Part shown: positions 1-12,590 of the stretch, in pieces | Numbering within the stretch: the stretch's first letter is position 1 | Layout: every line of letters starts with the position of its first letter | Source: Felis catus | Lineage: Eukaryota | Direction: 5' to 3' | NCBI RefSeq assembly: GCF_018350175.1 | Contig: NC_058368.1 | Location: 143,532,001 to 143,596,000 of the forward strand | Length of the DNA stretch: 64,000 bases | Notes under the pieces: generated by a model | Seen by the model: the letters and a program-made list of their open reading frames with translations, nothing else | Database searches by the model: none | What the model was told of the DNA's origin: nothing | Translations under genes and position numbers: made by a program

Positions 1-502
1 GAGGTTTTGGATTTTGAGATTATAATGAGGTCATCCTTTAGCAACTAAGCTTAAAGCTAATGTCATGCTTCATTTGAAATGTTAGGTTAAATTGGCTTTG
101 GTCAATCAATGCTAGGTTTAAAAACTAAGAGAGAATGTGTGGGACGTTCTTGCTCCATTATGATAAATGCTGTGATACTCAAGGGTATTGCTGTGGACAA
201 TAGGATGTGGAATTCAATCAGTCTGGCACAGTGCCCTCTACTTTGCAGAATGAAGAGAAAGCTGACAGTTGGATGAAGAAAGGCCTTGTGGAGGAAGTGT
301 CATTAGAGCTGACCTTCAGGAGCAAGTTCAGTGTTACTGCAAGCAATCCTGGGGAAGTTATTACAGAAAGTGCAGAGGAGATCACTGGATCAGAGGTGAA
401 AAGAACATGCGAGTGACCCTGAGGAAGCCAGCAACTAAGCTGCCCCAGAAGTCAGGAGTCTTTCAGTCTTTTCCGTGCTTAGAGCCTCATCAACCAAGAC
501 AG

Positions 503-529
503 GTGTGTGTGTGTGGGGGGGGGGGGGGG
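503..529. repeat. (GT)n followed by a G-run microsatellite
   Basis: gtgtgtgtgtgt followed by about 15 G. Confidence 0.9.
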
Positions 530-1031
530 TGGATGACGGGGGAGGTTCCTCTCAATCCCCTGGCTTTAGTCTTGCTCAGCATTCTGGGGTGTGCTGGCTC
601 AGGTCGAAGAAGCAGCACATACTAACTTCCTTCCAGCTGCCTTAGTCAGCTGAGCCAATTGCATTGAGTGCTTGACATCAAGGCTTCTCAAACAGAATCC
701 TGTTGGAAGTAAGAAACACAGACAGATCTCTCCCCTCTTGTGTCTTGGCCTCTGGTAGGACATTTTCATAGATGGTGCTCATCTCCCAGTTGTGGTACTG
801 GTGGTTGGGATAGTGATTACCTGTCTAGGTTGTGGCCTGGCTGGACTGAAGTCCCATCTACTAACTTGCCCCAGGGAGGAGCCAAGGCTCAGTCAGATAA
901 AGCCTCTTCTCATTACACGGAGCATGTCACCCACCCCATCGGCCCAGTTCTACTGCTTTTGATGTCAGGGATGCAGACTTGGGCTGATTAGTCCATTCAA
1001 AGTAGATTGAAAAAAAAGTCCCTATTTATTT

Positions 1032-1410
1032 AGTCAGGATTGTGTTTCAACAACAAAACCCTGAAAAGCTCTGAGGCTTCAAAGTTTATTTCTTATTTTT
1101 GCTATATGTCCATTATGGGTTGGATGTGGCTCTATCCCATCTTACCTTTACTCTGGGACCCATGCTGATGGAGCAGGGGGCCCTAACTGAAACATTGCTA
1201 TTTATCTCCTGGCAGAGAGGAGCTCAGTGAACCATCCATTAGCCCTTAAAACTTCTGCTGGGAAGTGATCCAAGGCTCTTCTGCCCAGTTCCATTGGCCA
1301 AAGTCAATCACATGGCTAAGTTTTCTCTAAGGGGTAAGGAAGGGATAATCCACCCCCCACCCCCACCCCCCGGGAGCAGCATGGAATATTTGTGAAAAAT
1401 GCTACAATAT
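1032..1410 (-). mobile_element. Old MaLR LTR (MLT1K/L-like)
   Basis: Motifs aaagtttatttctt...ctctgggacccatgctgatggagcag...cttaaaacttctgct...ccattggccaaagtcaatcacatggc resemble the reverse strand of old MLT1 LTRs. Confidence 0.6.
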
Positions 1411-1849
1411 TCCACATTTGGTCACCAAGGGAGGTATTCCTCAATTTCATCGTAAATTTACCTTAACTGACAGGTACTGGTGTGGTTTTTATTTACCATC
1501 TTTTAAAACGGTGGGAAAACCTGAGTGGTAAGTACCAATCTCCAGGTGATTGGTGAAGGTCATTCATTTTGGGTGAAGAGCTGAGAAATAACAGATTCAA
1601 AGCGTAGTGTGTGTTGTAGGTTGGAGGCATAGAGTAGGAGGCAAGATGGGGGGAGAGAGAGGCGCTTGAGTGTGGTGGGCCTTAGGCACCAAGGGTTTAG
1701 GATCATTCTTTAGGCAGTGAAGTTTCATTGAAGACTTCAGAGTGTTGGGATGCACACTCTTCCTGCCAAGAGCCCCGAAGACATTTATAAAGGATGAAAT
1801 GAAGGCTGGGTACTAGTTAGAAACCATCACTAAGAGAATAATGGTGAAT

Positions 1850-2065
1850 TTGACTTCAGTTCCAGACAGATTTAAATTCAAGATCTGCCTTTGCAATGTC
1901 ATAGCCACATGATTCCAGGGAAGTTCCTCTACCTCTCTAAACCTTGGTTTGTTCCATGTAAGACGGAGATGATAATAGTATTGCCTTCCATGGTTTGCTG
2001 TGGGAACTAAGTAAAGTAACGTATGTAAGGTGGTTAGCAAAACCCAATACACCTAGAAAGCCCTT
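1850..2065 (+). mobile_element. MIR SINE
   Basis: Core-like acctctctaaaccttggtttgttccatgtaagacggagatgataatagta and 3' gtatgtaaggtggttagc. Confidence 0.75.
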
Positions 2066-2087
2066 ACATGTGGGAAAGCAGAGACAA

Positions 2088-2340
2088 TGAAGATTTAGAA
2101 TCAATAGGATCTGGTGATTTTATGTGAAGAGTAAAGACATGGGAGGATCTGAAGAGAGTACCAACGTTCCCGGACTGGTGAATGGTAATGCCACTTACCT
2201 ATTCAGAAGCTGGTAACAGCGGGGGGAGGAAAAATCCTGAGTCTGGGATCCCAGGGAGACATCCGTGGAGAAGGTTTCCAGCAGGTGCTTAGAAATGTGA
2301 GCAAGGCTTAGTAGATAGAACTTGTACAATGAGTCATTGG
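2088..2340 (-). mobile_element. L2 LINE fragment
   Basis: agaatcaataggatctggtgatt...tggtaatgccacttac...gacatcc...gcaggtgcttagaaatgtgag resembles antisense L2. Confidence 0.55.
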
Positions 2341-2455
2341 CTGATTGTGTGGACAGATGGTTTCTGGGGTCTCTTGTGGAAAATAATTTTAATACTTACA
2401 CAGCACTAAGAGCTGAGGAAAGAGACACTTCTCCAGGCTAAAGATTCTGGATGTC

Positions 2456-2575
2456 AGTCATTCTCACACTTGAATATATCAGAATTACCTGGAGGGCTTC
2501 TTTATGCCCAGAATTTCTGATTCAGTAGGTCAAGAGGCTGGAAACTGGGTTTCCTCACCTCCTCCAAATGCTCTG
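2456..2575. mobile_element. MER5A-like hAT-Charlie relic
   Basis: atcagaattacctggagggctt...cccagaatttctgattcagtaggtc. Confidence 0.65.
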
Positions 2576-3585
2576 CTCTTATGTTGTCTCTGTCTTAACT
2601 TAGTCTTAGAGTAGACCTGGAAAATGCTGACCCCACAAACAGGAGTGATTACATTCACACCATCGATCCTCATGTCTAGAATAAGATTTAGGGAAATGGC
2701 CTTTTGAGAATACACAGCAGATTGCTGGGAGATCAGCAGCAATTCAATATGACAGGTGTGGCAGATTTTTTGATTTGTAACATCCCTATGTTATAATTCA
2801 TAGAATAAGTCTTTAGCCTATGGACCTTATTCAAGAGATATCATCTGTCCTGATGAACTAAACAATCCAGAAAACCACAATAAATGCCTGTTGTGTGCAG
2901 ATCTTTGTCTCACTCAATAGTCTGCCTTTAGCAGCAGCCGCTGTCACAGAGGGGATCTTCCTTTAGGCATTAGCAGGGATGAGGGGTTGGGATGGAAGAA
3001 GTGACAATCCTAAACTCCCCTCAGTAATAAAGACTGCACGGATTTACATCCCTGAAGAATTTATAGTTTTTGCCTGGATGTAAAGCATTCTCTTAGTTTA
3101 CTAACAACTATGTAAAATACAGTAATCCTTTCTTTTGTCCAAAGGACCATCTAGTAGAAGCTTCTAAAGGTTCCCATTACTTTTTTTTTTTTTTGCAGTA
3201 TAATTGACATAAAATAAACTGCACATACTCAAAACGTACAGTGTGATGAGTTTTGACATATATTCACATTCATAAAACCATCACCACACTTAATATAGTG
3301 AACATATCCATTACCCTAAAAGTTTTCTTGTGCCCCTTTGTAATCTAGAGACTACAAAGTCTTAGAGTGTGCTCTACTCCCTACATGACCCTATTCCTCA
3401 GCAATCACTAATCTGCCTTCTATCACTATAAGTTGGTTTACATTTTCTAGAATGTTGTATAAATAGAATTATATCATATATACTGTTTTTTTTGGCAGGG
3501 GAGGGGTCTAGCTTCTTTCATTTAGCTGAAGTTTTTTGAGATTCTTCATGATGTTGTATGTATCAATGGTTCATTCCTGTTTCTT

Positions 3586-3815
3586 TTTTTTTTTTATTTT
3601 TTTTAATGTTTATTCATTTTTGAGAGAGAGACAGAGAGTATGAGTGGGTGAGGGGCAGAGAGAGAGAGAGAGAGAGGCAGACAGAGAACTTGAAGCAGGC
3701 TCCAGGCTCTGAGATGTCAGCACAGAGCCCGATGCGGAGCTCAAACCCATGAACCACAAGATCATGACCTGAGCCAAAGTCGGACCCTCAACTGATTGAG
3801 CCACCCAGGTATCCC
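3586..3815 (-). mobile_element. CanSINE (SINEC, felid type)
   Basis: Antisense tRNA-derived head (tgagccacccagg), (GA)n and T-tail; 17-bp TSD gttcattcctgtttctt at 3569-3585 and 3817-3833. Confidence 0.95.
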
Positions 3816-4407
3816 AGTTCATTCCTGTTTCTTATTGAGTAGTATTTCACTTATAGATATACTCCATTTGTTTACTTATCTGTTAATGGGAATTTACGTT
3901 GTTTCTAGTTTGGGGCTATTACAAGCACTGCTGCTATGAATATTCACGTGAAAACTCATGTACATGCAGATACTTTCATTTCCCTTGGGCAAATACCAAG
4001 TAGTGAAATGTCTTGATCATGTGATGTACGTGTAAAGTTTTAAAGGAATTGACAAAATTTCTGAAGTGTTGGAACTATTTAAGATTCCTTAAGGAATCTT
4101 AATGGTGTATGCAAGTCCCAATTTTTCTGCTTCCTAGCCCATATTTAGTTTTGCCAGTCTTTTTCATTTTAGCCATTTTAATAGATATGTAGAGGTATCT
4201 TATTGTGGTTTTAATTTGCATTTCCTTGATGGTTAACGATGTTGATTATTTTTTTCAAGTGCTATTTGCTATTTGTGTGTATATATAAAAACATATACAA
4301 TGTATACAAAATATATGTACGCAATTTTTTGATGAGGTATTTATTTTTAAATTGATTTGTTTGACTTTTCATCATTGAGTTGTAACAGGTTTTAAAAATA
4401 TATTCCA

Positions 4408-4623
4408 GGGCGCCTGGGTGGCTCAGTCGGTTAAGCATCCGACTTCAGCTCAGGTCACGATCTCACGGTCCGTGAGTTCGAGCCCCGCGTCGGGCTCTGG
4501 GCTGATGGCTCAGAGCCTGGAGCCTGCTTCCGATTCTGTGTCTCCCTCTCTCTCTGCCCCTCCCCCGTTCATGCTCTGTCTCTCTCTGTCCCAAAGATAA
4601 ATAAACGTTAAAAAAAAATTTAA
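4408..4623 (+). mobile_element. Young CanSINE (SINEC_Fc-like)
   Basis: gggcgcctgggtggctcagtcgg head, CpGs intact, (CT)n, A-tail; 14-bp TSD aaaaatatattcca at 4394-4407 and 4624-4637. Confidence 0.97.
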
Positions 4624-5371
4624 AAAAATATATTCCAAATACAAGTCTTTTGACCAATATATGTTTTTTCAAATATTGTTTTCTCAATCTGTGGCTTGCC
4701 CTTTTCACTTTTATAACAATATCTTTTGAAAAGGAAACATTTTATTTTGATGAAGTCCAGTTTGTTGGTTTTTTAAATAGTTCCTATTTGTGTTTCATTT
4801 AATTACCCAAAGTCACTAAGATTTTTTTATGTTTTCTTCTAGAAATCGTATCATTTTCGTTCTTATATTTAAGTCCATGACTCATTCTGAGTTAATTTAT
4901 GTTTATGGTGTAAGGTAAGGATCAAGATTCATTTTTGTTTTTTTGTTTTTTTTTTGTTTTTACATAGACTAACCAGTTGTTTTGGCTCCATTTGTTAAAA
5001 CAATTAACCTTTCCTCATTGAGATGCCTTGGCATCTTTGTTAATCAGTGGATCATATATGTGTGAATTCTCTGTTCTGTTCCATTGATCTGCATCTGCCT
5101 TTACGCCAATATCACACTATCATAATTACTTTTACTTTATATGTATTTCTATCTTACTTAGTTACTTTATAATGTTTTAAAGGTAGTTCCTCTAATTATT
5201 TTTTTAATATGAAGCCGACCGAAATCTTTTAGAGTTGTACAAACTTTAATCAAATCCCCATATAGCTTTTGTCTCTCTAAACTGAGAAGTCTTGATTTTT
5301 CTGATTTGTCTCTATCCAAAAACTCAATAACAATTATTGTAGTGAAATTTTATCCCATTGCTTCCATTTCT

Positions 5372-5592
5372 TTTTTTTAACGTTTTTTAATGTTTTTAAA
5401 TTTTTTAATTTATGTTTTTATTTTTTTGAGAGACAGAGAGAGAGCACCAACAGGGGAGGGGCAGAGAGAGAGGGAGGTGTAGAATTCAAAGCAGGCTCCA
5501 GGCACTGAGCTGTCAGCTCAAAGCCAATGCGGGGCTTGAGCCCACAAGCATGAGATCATGACCTGAGCTGAAGTCGGGCCCCCCCCCCCCAC
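5372..5592 (-). mobile_element. CanSINE, 5'-truncated
   Basis: Antisense body; 18-bp TSD cccattgcttccatttct at 5354-5371 and 5593-5610; head replaced by a C-run. Confidence 0.92.
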
Positions 5593-5626
5593 CCCATTGC
5601 TTCCATTTCTAACGTGCTTTCTTTGT

Positions 5627-5627
<1 letters not shown>

Positions 5628-5663
<36 letters not shown>
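5628..5663. repeat. (AC)n microsatellite
   Basis: Pure AC dinucleotide run. Confidence 0.95.
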
Positions 5664-5665
<2 letters not shown>

Positions 5666-5869
5666 CACCTGAGTAAGTGCAATAAGAGTAGCTTTCCTTC
5701 ACCCTCCTGTCATTATCACTATTGCTGCTACTGTTGTTACCATTATTGCACACACACTTTAGTTTCCAACATCCTTCCTAAATATACAAAACCATTCATT
5801 TTAGTTTTGTGCCCCAAAATTGAGCCAGGTTAATTTCTTTAATAAACGTACATCACTCCTATGTTCCAT

Positions 5870-5960
5870 TCCATCTCGGCTATTCTAGAGGCTGTACTGG
5901 GGTATCTCGTTGTGGTTTTAATTTGCATTTTCTTATGAGTAATGATGTTGTACACTTCCT
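5870..5960 (-). mobile_element. Short L1 ORF2 fragment
   Basis: ggtatctcgttgtggttttaatttgcattttcttatgagtaatgatgttg is a typical antisense L1 ORF2 3' motif. Confidence 0.7.
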
Positions 5961-6261
5961 GGAATATAATGGAAAACTCAGATATTATTAATTTATAAGT
6001 ATTACTTAAATTCTTTCTCCCTAAATGTATAACTGAGTACTTTTTTACACTGATCCTTTTTCAGGATCTTGCCCCTTTACCTGTCTTCGAGAGATCATTC
6101 TGTGGTGTGCCCTGATCAGATTATCATTTAATAGACTGAAAAGCCCTATGAAAACTGGAGGTTATGTCTTGTCTTTGTTTTCTGTCTTAAACCAGTGTTC
6201 TATTCATAATAAAAATTTCCATTTCCAACCCAACCCCTAAAAATACAGTTTTTAAGAGTGC

Positions 6262-6285
6262 TGTGTGTGTGTGTGTGTGTGTGTG
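6262..6285. repeat. (TG)n microsatellite
   Basis: TG dinucleotide run. Confidence 0.9.
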
Positions 6286-7499
6286 ATTACGTCAAAAGTT
6301 TGGGGAAATGCAGATTATAAACTCAGCAACATCAGGCTTACATCTCTGCTTCCCTTGCTTGAAACCAGTCAGATTTTTGTTCAAATTTCAGCAAATTCCA
6401 CTCTAAGTGATGATATGACTTTAAGTAGGGGAAACTCCTTTCGGCTCTCTTACAGCATTTTGGAGAAAAAGGAAGAGGGGCTGACAGGCAAAGTTGTTAA
6501 ATGTTAAATCATAAGCTGAAAAGTCATTGAATGCAAAATAATTCAAACTCCAAATGAGAAGAGAGTTCAGGAGGGACTTCTCACAATGAAGTGGAAAAAA
6601 AATGTCAAACCAGCAGTAATTGAGGGAAAAGTCAAATGGAGGATGGAAGTGTCTTTCTCAGAAGAAAGGGCTACTCTGTCTTTGTTGCCTCCTCCACTTT
6701 TCCTTTTTTTCAATTTGGGATGAGGAAGGTGACAAACCGTAGGGAACATAGGTGGAGGGAGAGCAGAGGAAATTGCTGGCTGAGCAGGAGCTGCAGGGGC
6801 GGAGGGGGAGGGGCCCCACTTTGTGCTTAAAAGAAGCTGAGAGGCTGCCAGCCGCCCGAATATGAATTAAGGAAGGTGACCTTACAGAAATAGAAAAAAT
6901 GACCTCTCTCTAAAATCTAGAGGGAAAAGATGAGGATGTTAACTAGTTAGGAAAAAAAATCATCGCATATTGGAATATGAAAGGACCTTGGAGGTCATGG
7001 AAACCGACTCTTGCATTTTACAGATAGGCCAACAGTTGTGAAGAATGAACCATCAGAGTCCAAATTGGTCTGCCACAACATAATATGTTTGCATTTGAAG
7101 TAATAAAAAATAATGTCCTTCAACATCAAAGAAATTGTGTGCTCTGAGAAGAGTCAGTCTTTTCCTCTCGTGGCTTTTTGTCAGTGACACTTAGCACCAT
7201 CAGAGCCCTTTTAGAAGCACCGGATTGACTTGCCTAAGAGCCATAGCTTGTTTCATGAGATCATTTTAAATTGTGTTTTGGAATATTTGGAAAACTATAT
7301 TCATCATCATACTTAGTACTTAATCAATAGTTGTGTACATTTTGATTCTTTTAATAAATAGCTATGGTATTTGAGCAGGGTTGCTGTATACCTGGTGGCC
7401 CAGTGGGTTGGGGCCAAGGAAGACAAGGCTCTTCATTCCCACCACCTCATACGTTTCTTAGCTTTGGCTGTAAGAGCGGCCTTTCGTGTGTCTTCCTGT

Positions 7500-7975
7500 C
7501 TCCTACCTTGCCCGCTTCCTAACCATCTTCTGCACCAGCCCGCAGAGTGACTTTCCTAAAATGCAGACCCGATCATACCGCCTTCTTGCTAAAAACTCTT
7601 GGTAGCAACTCAAAGACCACAGGTTAGATTCTAAACTTTCTAACCTCCAGGTCCTTCCTGCCCTCCCCCCCTCATTTATGGCTCCCCTCTTAACACTTTA
7701 CACTCAAGTTTTAGTGATCCCGTGTTACTCAGCAGACCACTCCAGATGGCTGTGTCTTTGCTAGCAGTTCTTTACTGCCTAAGATGTCCTTTCCCACTTC
7801 TTTCTCTACCTACTATCTGTCTACCCGTCCCTCAAGGCTCAAAGCAACAATTTCCTTGCACTCCCGGTTACAAGCGACTATACTTCTAATAGTGTCTCAC
7901 TCCTTTCTGGACGTACATTTCTCATCACACCTGTAACATCTTATTGCACTTATTTGTATCCACATCTATGCTAGA
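7500..7975 (+). mobile_element. L2 LINE 3' region
   Basis: cagagtgactttcctaaaatgcagacccgatcat...cttgctaaaaactctt...cctcaaggctcaa. Confidence 0.7.
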
Positions 7976-7980
7976 GAAAT

Positions 7981-8106
7981 CAATGGTTTTCAAACTTCAA
8001 AGCACATAGTGCACATAAAAACCACCCAAGGAGTTTGTTTAAAAGGCAGAAATTTCTTGGCCTCACCCCAGAGCTTCTGTTTCTGATTCTGATTCAGTAG
8101 GTCTAG
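7981..8106. mobile_element. MER5-like hAT-Charlie relic
   Basis: caatggttttcaaactt terminus; cctcaccccagag...tctgattcagtaggtct. Confidence 0.7.
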
Positions 8107-9787
8107 CATCAGAGGGGTTCACGGACATGTCTGAGCCTAAGGAGAACCTACTGTAAATCAGGTAAGTCTTCTCCAGCTTACAGCACCATTTTTCCAAGGG
8201 CAGAAGATACTGCTGGTGAGTTCCACCTGCTTCTCCCTGATCACTGACTCACAAGAGTATCAGCTTGAGAGATCCCAACACTCCCTTCCTCTCCTCCCAC
8301 TCTCTTGGGGGTAGAATATGCAAAACTCATTTATATTCCCGCAAGTAGGTGAGAATCACATTCTGGGCCATCACCATTCAATAATGGAAGCTTTGTGGAA
8401 AGTAGTGACAGGTGAGAGGAATGATTTCATTTTTCACTTTGACAATTGGGTGAAGCAGATTCCTGGCAGTTCTGCAAAGGTTTTATGCCCACATAGTTAC
8501 CCAAGGGATCTGCTTAGCAACCAAGAAATGCTGCAAGGGGAGGCAAAGCGGATTCCTCTCTCAGTGGCATCTTGTAACTGAGATGCTGCTGCACAAAGAG
8601 GAGATAAGAGGGCACCTCTGACCTAGGGTTCCCGCTTGTTCTATGGTCTCCAGAAAGGCCTGTCCTGAATGCCCTGGTCCCTCTCCCCTCCCCACAGCCC
8701 ACACAGAGCTCACCTAGAGGGGAGCAGCATTCCCCAGGGGGCTTGGCTGTGCTTGGCTAGACTTCTTCTTTGTGCGACTATTTTTTCTGACTATAACATT
8801 CAACCTATTTGTTGGAGGTTTGTTTTGAGAGGATCTAATATAGCACCCCTCTTTCGTGCCTGGGTTTTGAACTGCGAAGGCAAAAAGCAGGCACTTGGCA
8901 AACCAAATAGGACAAGTTCATGGAAAAAGTGGATATTGGAGGATGGGGCTTGTATCTGCCGACAAGGGGGTTTCCTAATGCTGAATCCTGGAACCAAACT
9001 GAACTCCCTAAGGGACAGCCCTCCCGTCTTCTGCCCATGAGCTGGGGCAATCTAGTAAATGTGCCCTGGGCCAGAAGGTGGGTTCCCTGGAGGAAGAGTG
9101 GCAGGGGCTGAGCAAGTCTGGATGTCTCTTTTAAACCCACCCATCTGGTGACTCCTTCAGTCTTCCTGGGTGGAGGGAGTCAAGGGCAGGCAGAAACCAC
9201 AGTGGCAGGAAACATCAGACACAGGTACAGGTGTGCCCCAAACCCAAGTATATTTACTGTTAACTATTGGGAAAATACAGAAAAATATATAAGGAATAAA
9301 ATGCAAATCATCAGTAATTCCAAAGATACACCATATATTTTTTTATTCTAAGGCACATATTTCTTACTTTCTAATGTTCCTTAAATTGGGATGTACTTTA
9401 CAATTGTACGTGTTTAATGTAGTATTATGACTTTTTCATGAAAGTTTTTTTAAGCCTCTAGTGCCTCTTTCAGTTGTCAATATCTTAGAAATGAGGAAAG
9501 ATGGTAAATTTCAATTGTTTTACAAAATAGGGATTTTACTGGAGCATTTGTCTATATCAATAGGTAGTGAAAACCTGATGTACAATGACTGCAAAATAGT
9601 CCAGCAACTGAATGTATCAGAATGTATTTAATCTCTACCTTTTGTCATTTAAGTTGTGCTTTTCTGTTTGTTTTAGTTTTTAGTATCATAGATAATGTGG
9701 CTGGTAAACTTTCTTGTACCGAAGTCTTTGCTCCAAATGTGATCTTTCCCCCCTTAAGAATTGGTTCTTGAATCCAGGATATTAACT

Positions 9788-9980
9788 TTTTTTTAATGTT
9801 TATTTTTTTTTTGAGAGGGAGTGTAAGTGGGGGAGGGGTAGAGAGGAAGGGGGTCTGAAGATCCAAAGCGGGCTCTGTGCTGACAGCAGCGAGCCTGATG
9901 TGGGGCTTGAGCTCACTGACTGTGAGATCACGACCTGAGCTGAAATTGGCTGCTCAATGGACTGAGCCACGCAGGTGCCC
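9788..9980 (-). mobile_element. CanSINE inserted in an old L1 remnant
   Basis: Antisense head actgagccacgcaggtgccc; TSD cca(g/a)gatattaact at 9774-9787 and 9981-9994. Confidence 0.9.
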
Positions 9981-12079
9981 CCAAGATATTAACTATTTAA
10001 AAGTGTTGGTTTCATGTGACCATATGGTCCCTCAGAAAGTTATCCAATGGAGCATCCCACTAATACTGTCTGAGGGTGCTCATCTCAGCACAGGCAGCAA
10101 CACTGAATATCATATGTTACATTATAAGGTAAGATACCTTCTGAATTCGAGAATTGTCTATCTTAATGCCTACCTTGCCACTCTTCATCAACCCTCCCAT
10201 GGTTCCTCCCAGTCCGGTCCAGTATCCTGGGAGAATAAGAACAAGCACAGAGGACAAGACTCAACAGTGTAAAAACCTTTGTTGGCAAACCCAACATAGT
10301 CCCCTGATTGGTTAGGCTCACTGATGGAGGAATGAGGCAGCCCTAAATGGCTAGAATCAAAACAGGCAAAGGAACATCCACAGCTCCTTTGCCCTCTGTC
10401 CATGATCACAGCTCCCAGTGGCAAGGTAGCAATATGGCAAAACAGTGCCGAGGAAGCTGGCCGGCTAAGCATTTGTCTTCATGCCTAGAACACGCTGTTT
10501 GAGGTTCCTCACTGCACCTCCTTCTCTCTTTACCCCAGAGCTCAGGATTGGAGGAACCTTGAGCTTCCTGTGGATGCCAGAAAGCATCATCGGTGGGGAT
10601 GCCATGCTTCACCTTGGTCTCCAAGTAGCCATTCCAGAGACAGCAAGGGAAGGCTTTGGTCTGGGTTTGATGCCATGCAACACATTTTAATCAGCATCTG
10701 CCATGTGAAAGTCAGTATTAAGTGCTGTAGGAAAGACAAGGTTTTATTTCTGTCGAGAGCTTTTTATGGCAGCAGTTCCATGGATCCCCACCCCACTCCA
10801 ACCCATCTGCTTGCTCCTTGGGTATAGGCAGGAGATTTTTCTGGAAAGGAACAGCATGTGCTCACTCCTCAGAACCACAGACAGAAGCAGATTGGACTAT
10901 GGCAAATGCAAGCCTGTCATGTTTACTGGGGAAAAAAAAAAAAGGTTCTTGGTTCCCCAGAGAATAATGTATTCAAAACAAAGTGGATTCTATGGACATT
11001 TCTCAGCAGGATGATGTGTACTCAGGTTAAGTACAGAATTCTAAGGCCTAAATATGCCCCAATTAATTACACTGGCTTCTTTACCTGTTTCTTCCCTGAG
11101 AAACAGATTCTCTTATTTGATACTTAAAACCAACTGGGGGGCTTTAGGTGAAGATTTTAGGGTAGAATTTGGGCTTTTTCTAGTAAGATGATTTAGTAAG
11201 ATGATTTACCACATCTGCTGGGCCAAATGACTTCATGCTACAACAGTTTATGTTTAAACAGTTTCTATAAAAGTAAGGGGGCTCGTAGGGTTTCCGAGAC
11301 AGGTAAGCTGCACTAGGATAGAGCTCACTGGTAATGGAGCCCAAGGAGCCTTCTCAAGGCACATTACCAGGGATGGTGGTTGTGGACCAAACAGAGGAGC
11401 AATTTGAACAGCCAGTCTCTCAGACAGGAAAGGTGGAAGAAGATATCCTTTCCCAAAACAGGTGGTAGTGCAGAGTGCTGGATTATGTAATAGTGGAACA
11501 GACCCATCTTGGGGAAGACAGTGTCCTTGGGGGGTTCCTCCAAAGGGAATTCAAGGAGATTTGAAGGCAAAGTGAGTAGCGTTGACATCTCATCAAGACA
11601 GTAGGGCTCTAAGGGTTGATCCAGGAGCCCTGGGCACTCTGATGTCCTCATAATGGTATCCTGTTCTCCTGGCAGAGCAGAGAAACTGGGGAAAACTTGG
11701 AGAAGCTTTGATGCACTGATCTCAGCCAGCTCCCAAAGATCCTTGGAGCATGGGAGAGCAGAAATGAAGCCTCTCAGTACTATTTTTCCTGAGGCCCCAT
11801 CTGTACAATGAGATTTACTGCCTGAGGTCAGGATGGGGATTAACTCTTGGATCTATCCAGCCCATTGAGGAGAGGGTCTTTGTCAAACAACCCTTCACTG
11901 GGTTGGTATCTCACCAAGAGAATAGGGCAGAACCTGTAGGGTCAGCAGGGGGGTAGGGGATCTCCAATCTGTCTGTGCTGGTGGGGCTTCCACTATGAAC
12001 ACTCTTGGGGTTTTACTTCCTGCTGACCATTTGAAAAACAAATCCTGGAAAGTAAATAATGTATAAGAATAACAAAGAA

Positions 12080-12590
12080 GATTTGGTTTCAATAATAAAA
12101 GATGAGAAGATTAAGATGGGCTTAAAACCAGACATTTTAAACATGAATAGACATTTCAAAATAAGTTTAAAAATAAGCAACTGTGTTTGAAATGCCAATA
12201 AAAATAAAGGAGGAAAAATAACTGAAATAAATTAGGTTTAAAAATAAAATTTTAAATTAAATTCAAAAAATAAAATTTAAGAAATTTTGTATCTGGAAAG
12301 TCAGAAGAAAAGTTACAATTCCAATAAAAGAATATTAAGAGTTTTTTCAAAAGAGAAGCTACAGCTAGATGAGATTTAAAATAAAAGAAATGGCTGAACT
12401 CTAGTAAGAGATCAAAAACATAAAAAATGAAGCAATGCGTGATCAAAATGAAACCCAAAAGCCATGAGGTGAGAAGCTAAAAACCTGTTGGTAAATGAAG
12501 CTAACAATGACATAGGATTTGTAAACATTATAAAATAAAAGGAAAAATATGTAGGATAAAATGAAAATGGAAAGTTTTTCAATTTGGAGT
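12080..12590 (+). mobile_element. A-rich segment, possibly a decayed L1 ORF1/HAL1 remnant
   Basis: Strong A/purine strand skew typical of sense L1; no diagnostic motif recognised. Confidence 0.3.

Larger units (their letters stand above)
3180..5180 (-). mobile_element. Old L1 (L1MB/L1MC-type) 3' end and ORF2 remnant, interrupted by two SINEs
   Basis: Starts with a T-tract (antisense poly-A) then gtataattgacataaaataaactgcacata; contains antisense ORF2 motifs such as tattgtggttttaatttgcatttcc and tttaattttgatgaagtcca-like text. Confidence 0.85.

Noticed and set aside
4408..4490. tRNA-like A/B boxes in SINE heads as tRNA genes
   Set aside because: These are the tRNA-derived heads of CanSINEs, followed by (CT)n, a poly-A tail and TSDs.
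8098..8167. Possible exon ending at CAG|GTAAGT next to the MER5 relic
   Set aside because: The acceptor is weak and repeat-derived, and isolated consensus donors occur several times by chance in this window.
11181..11208. 13-bp tandem duplication tagtaagatgatt
   Set aside because: Ordinary slippage duplication with no further structure.
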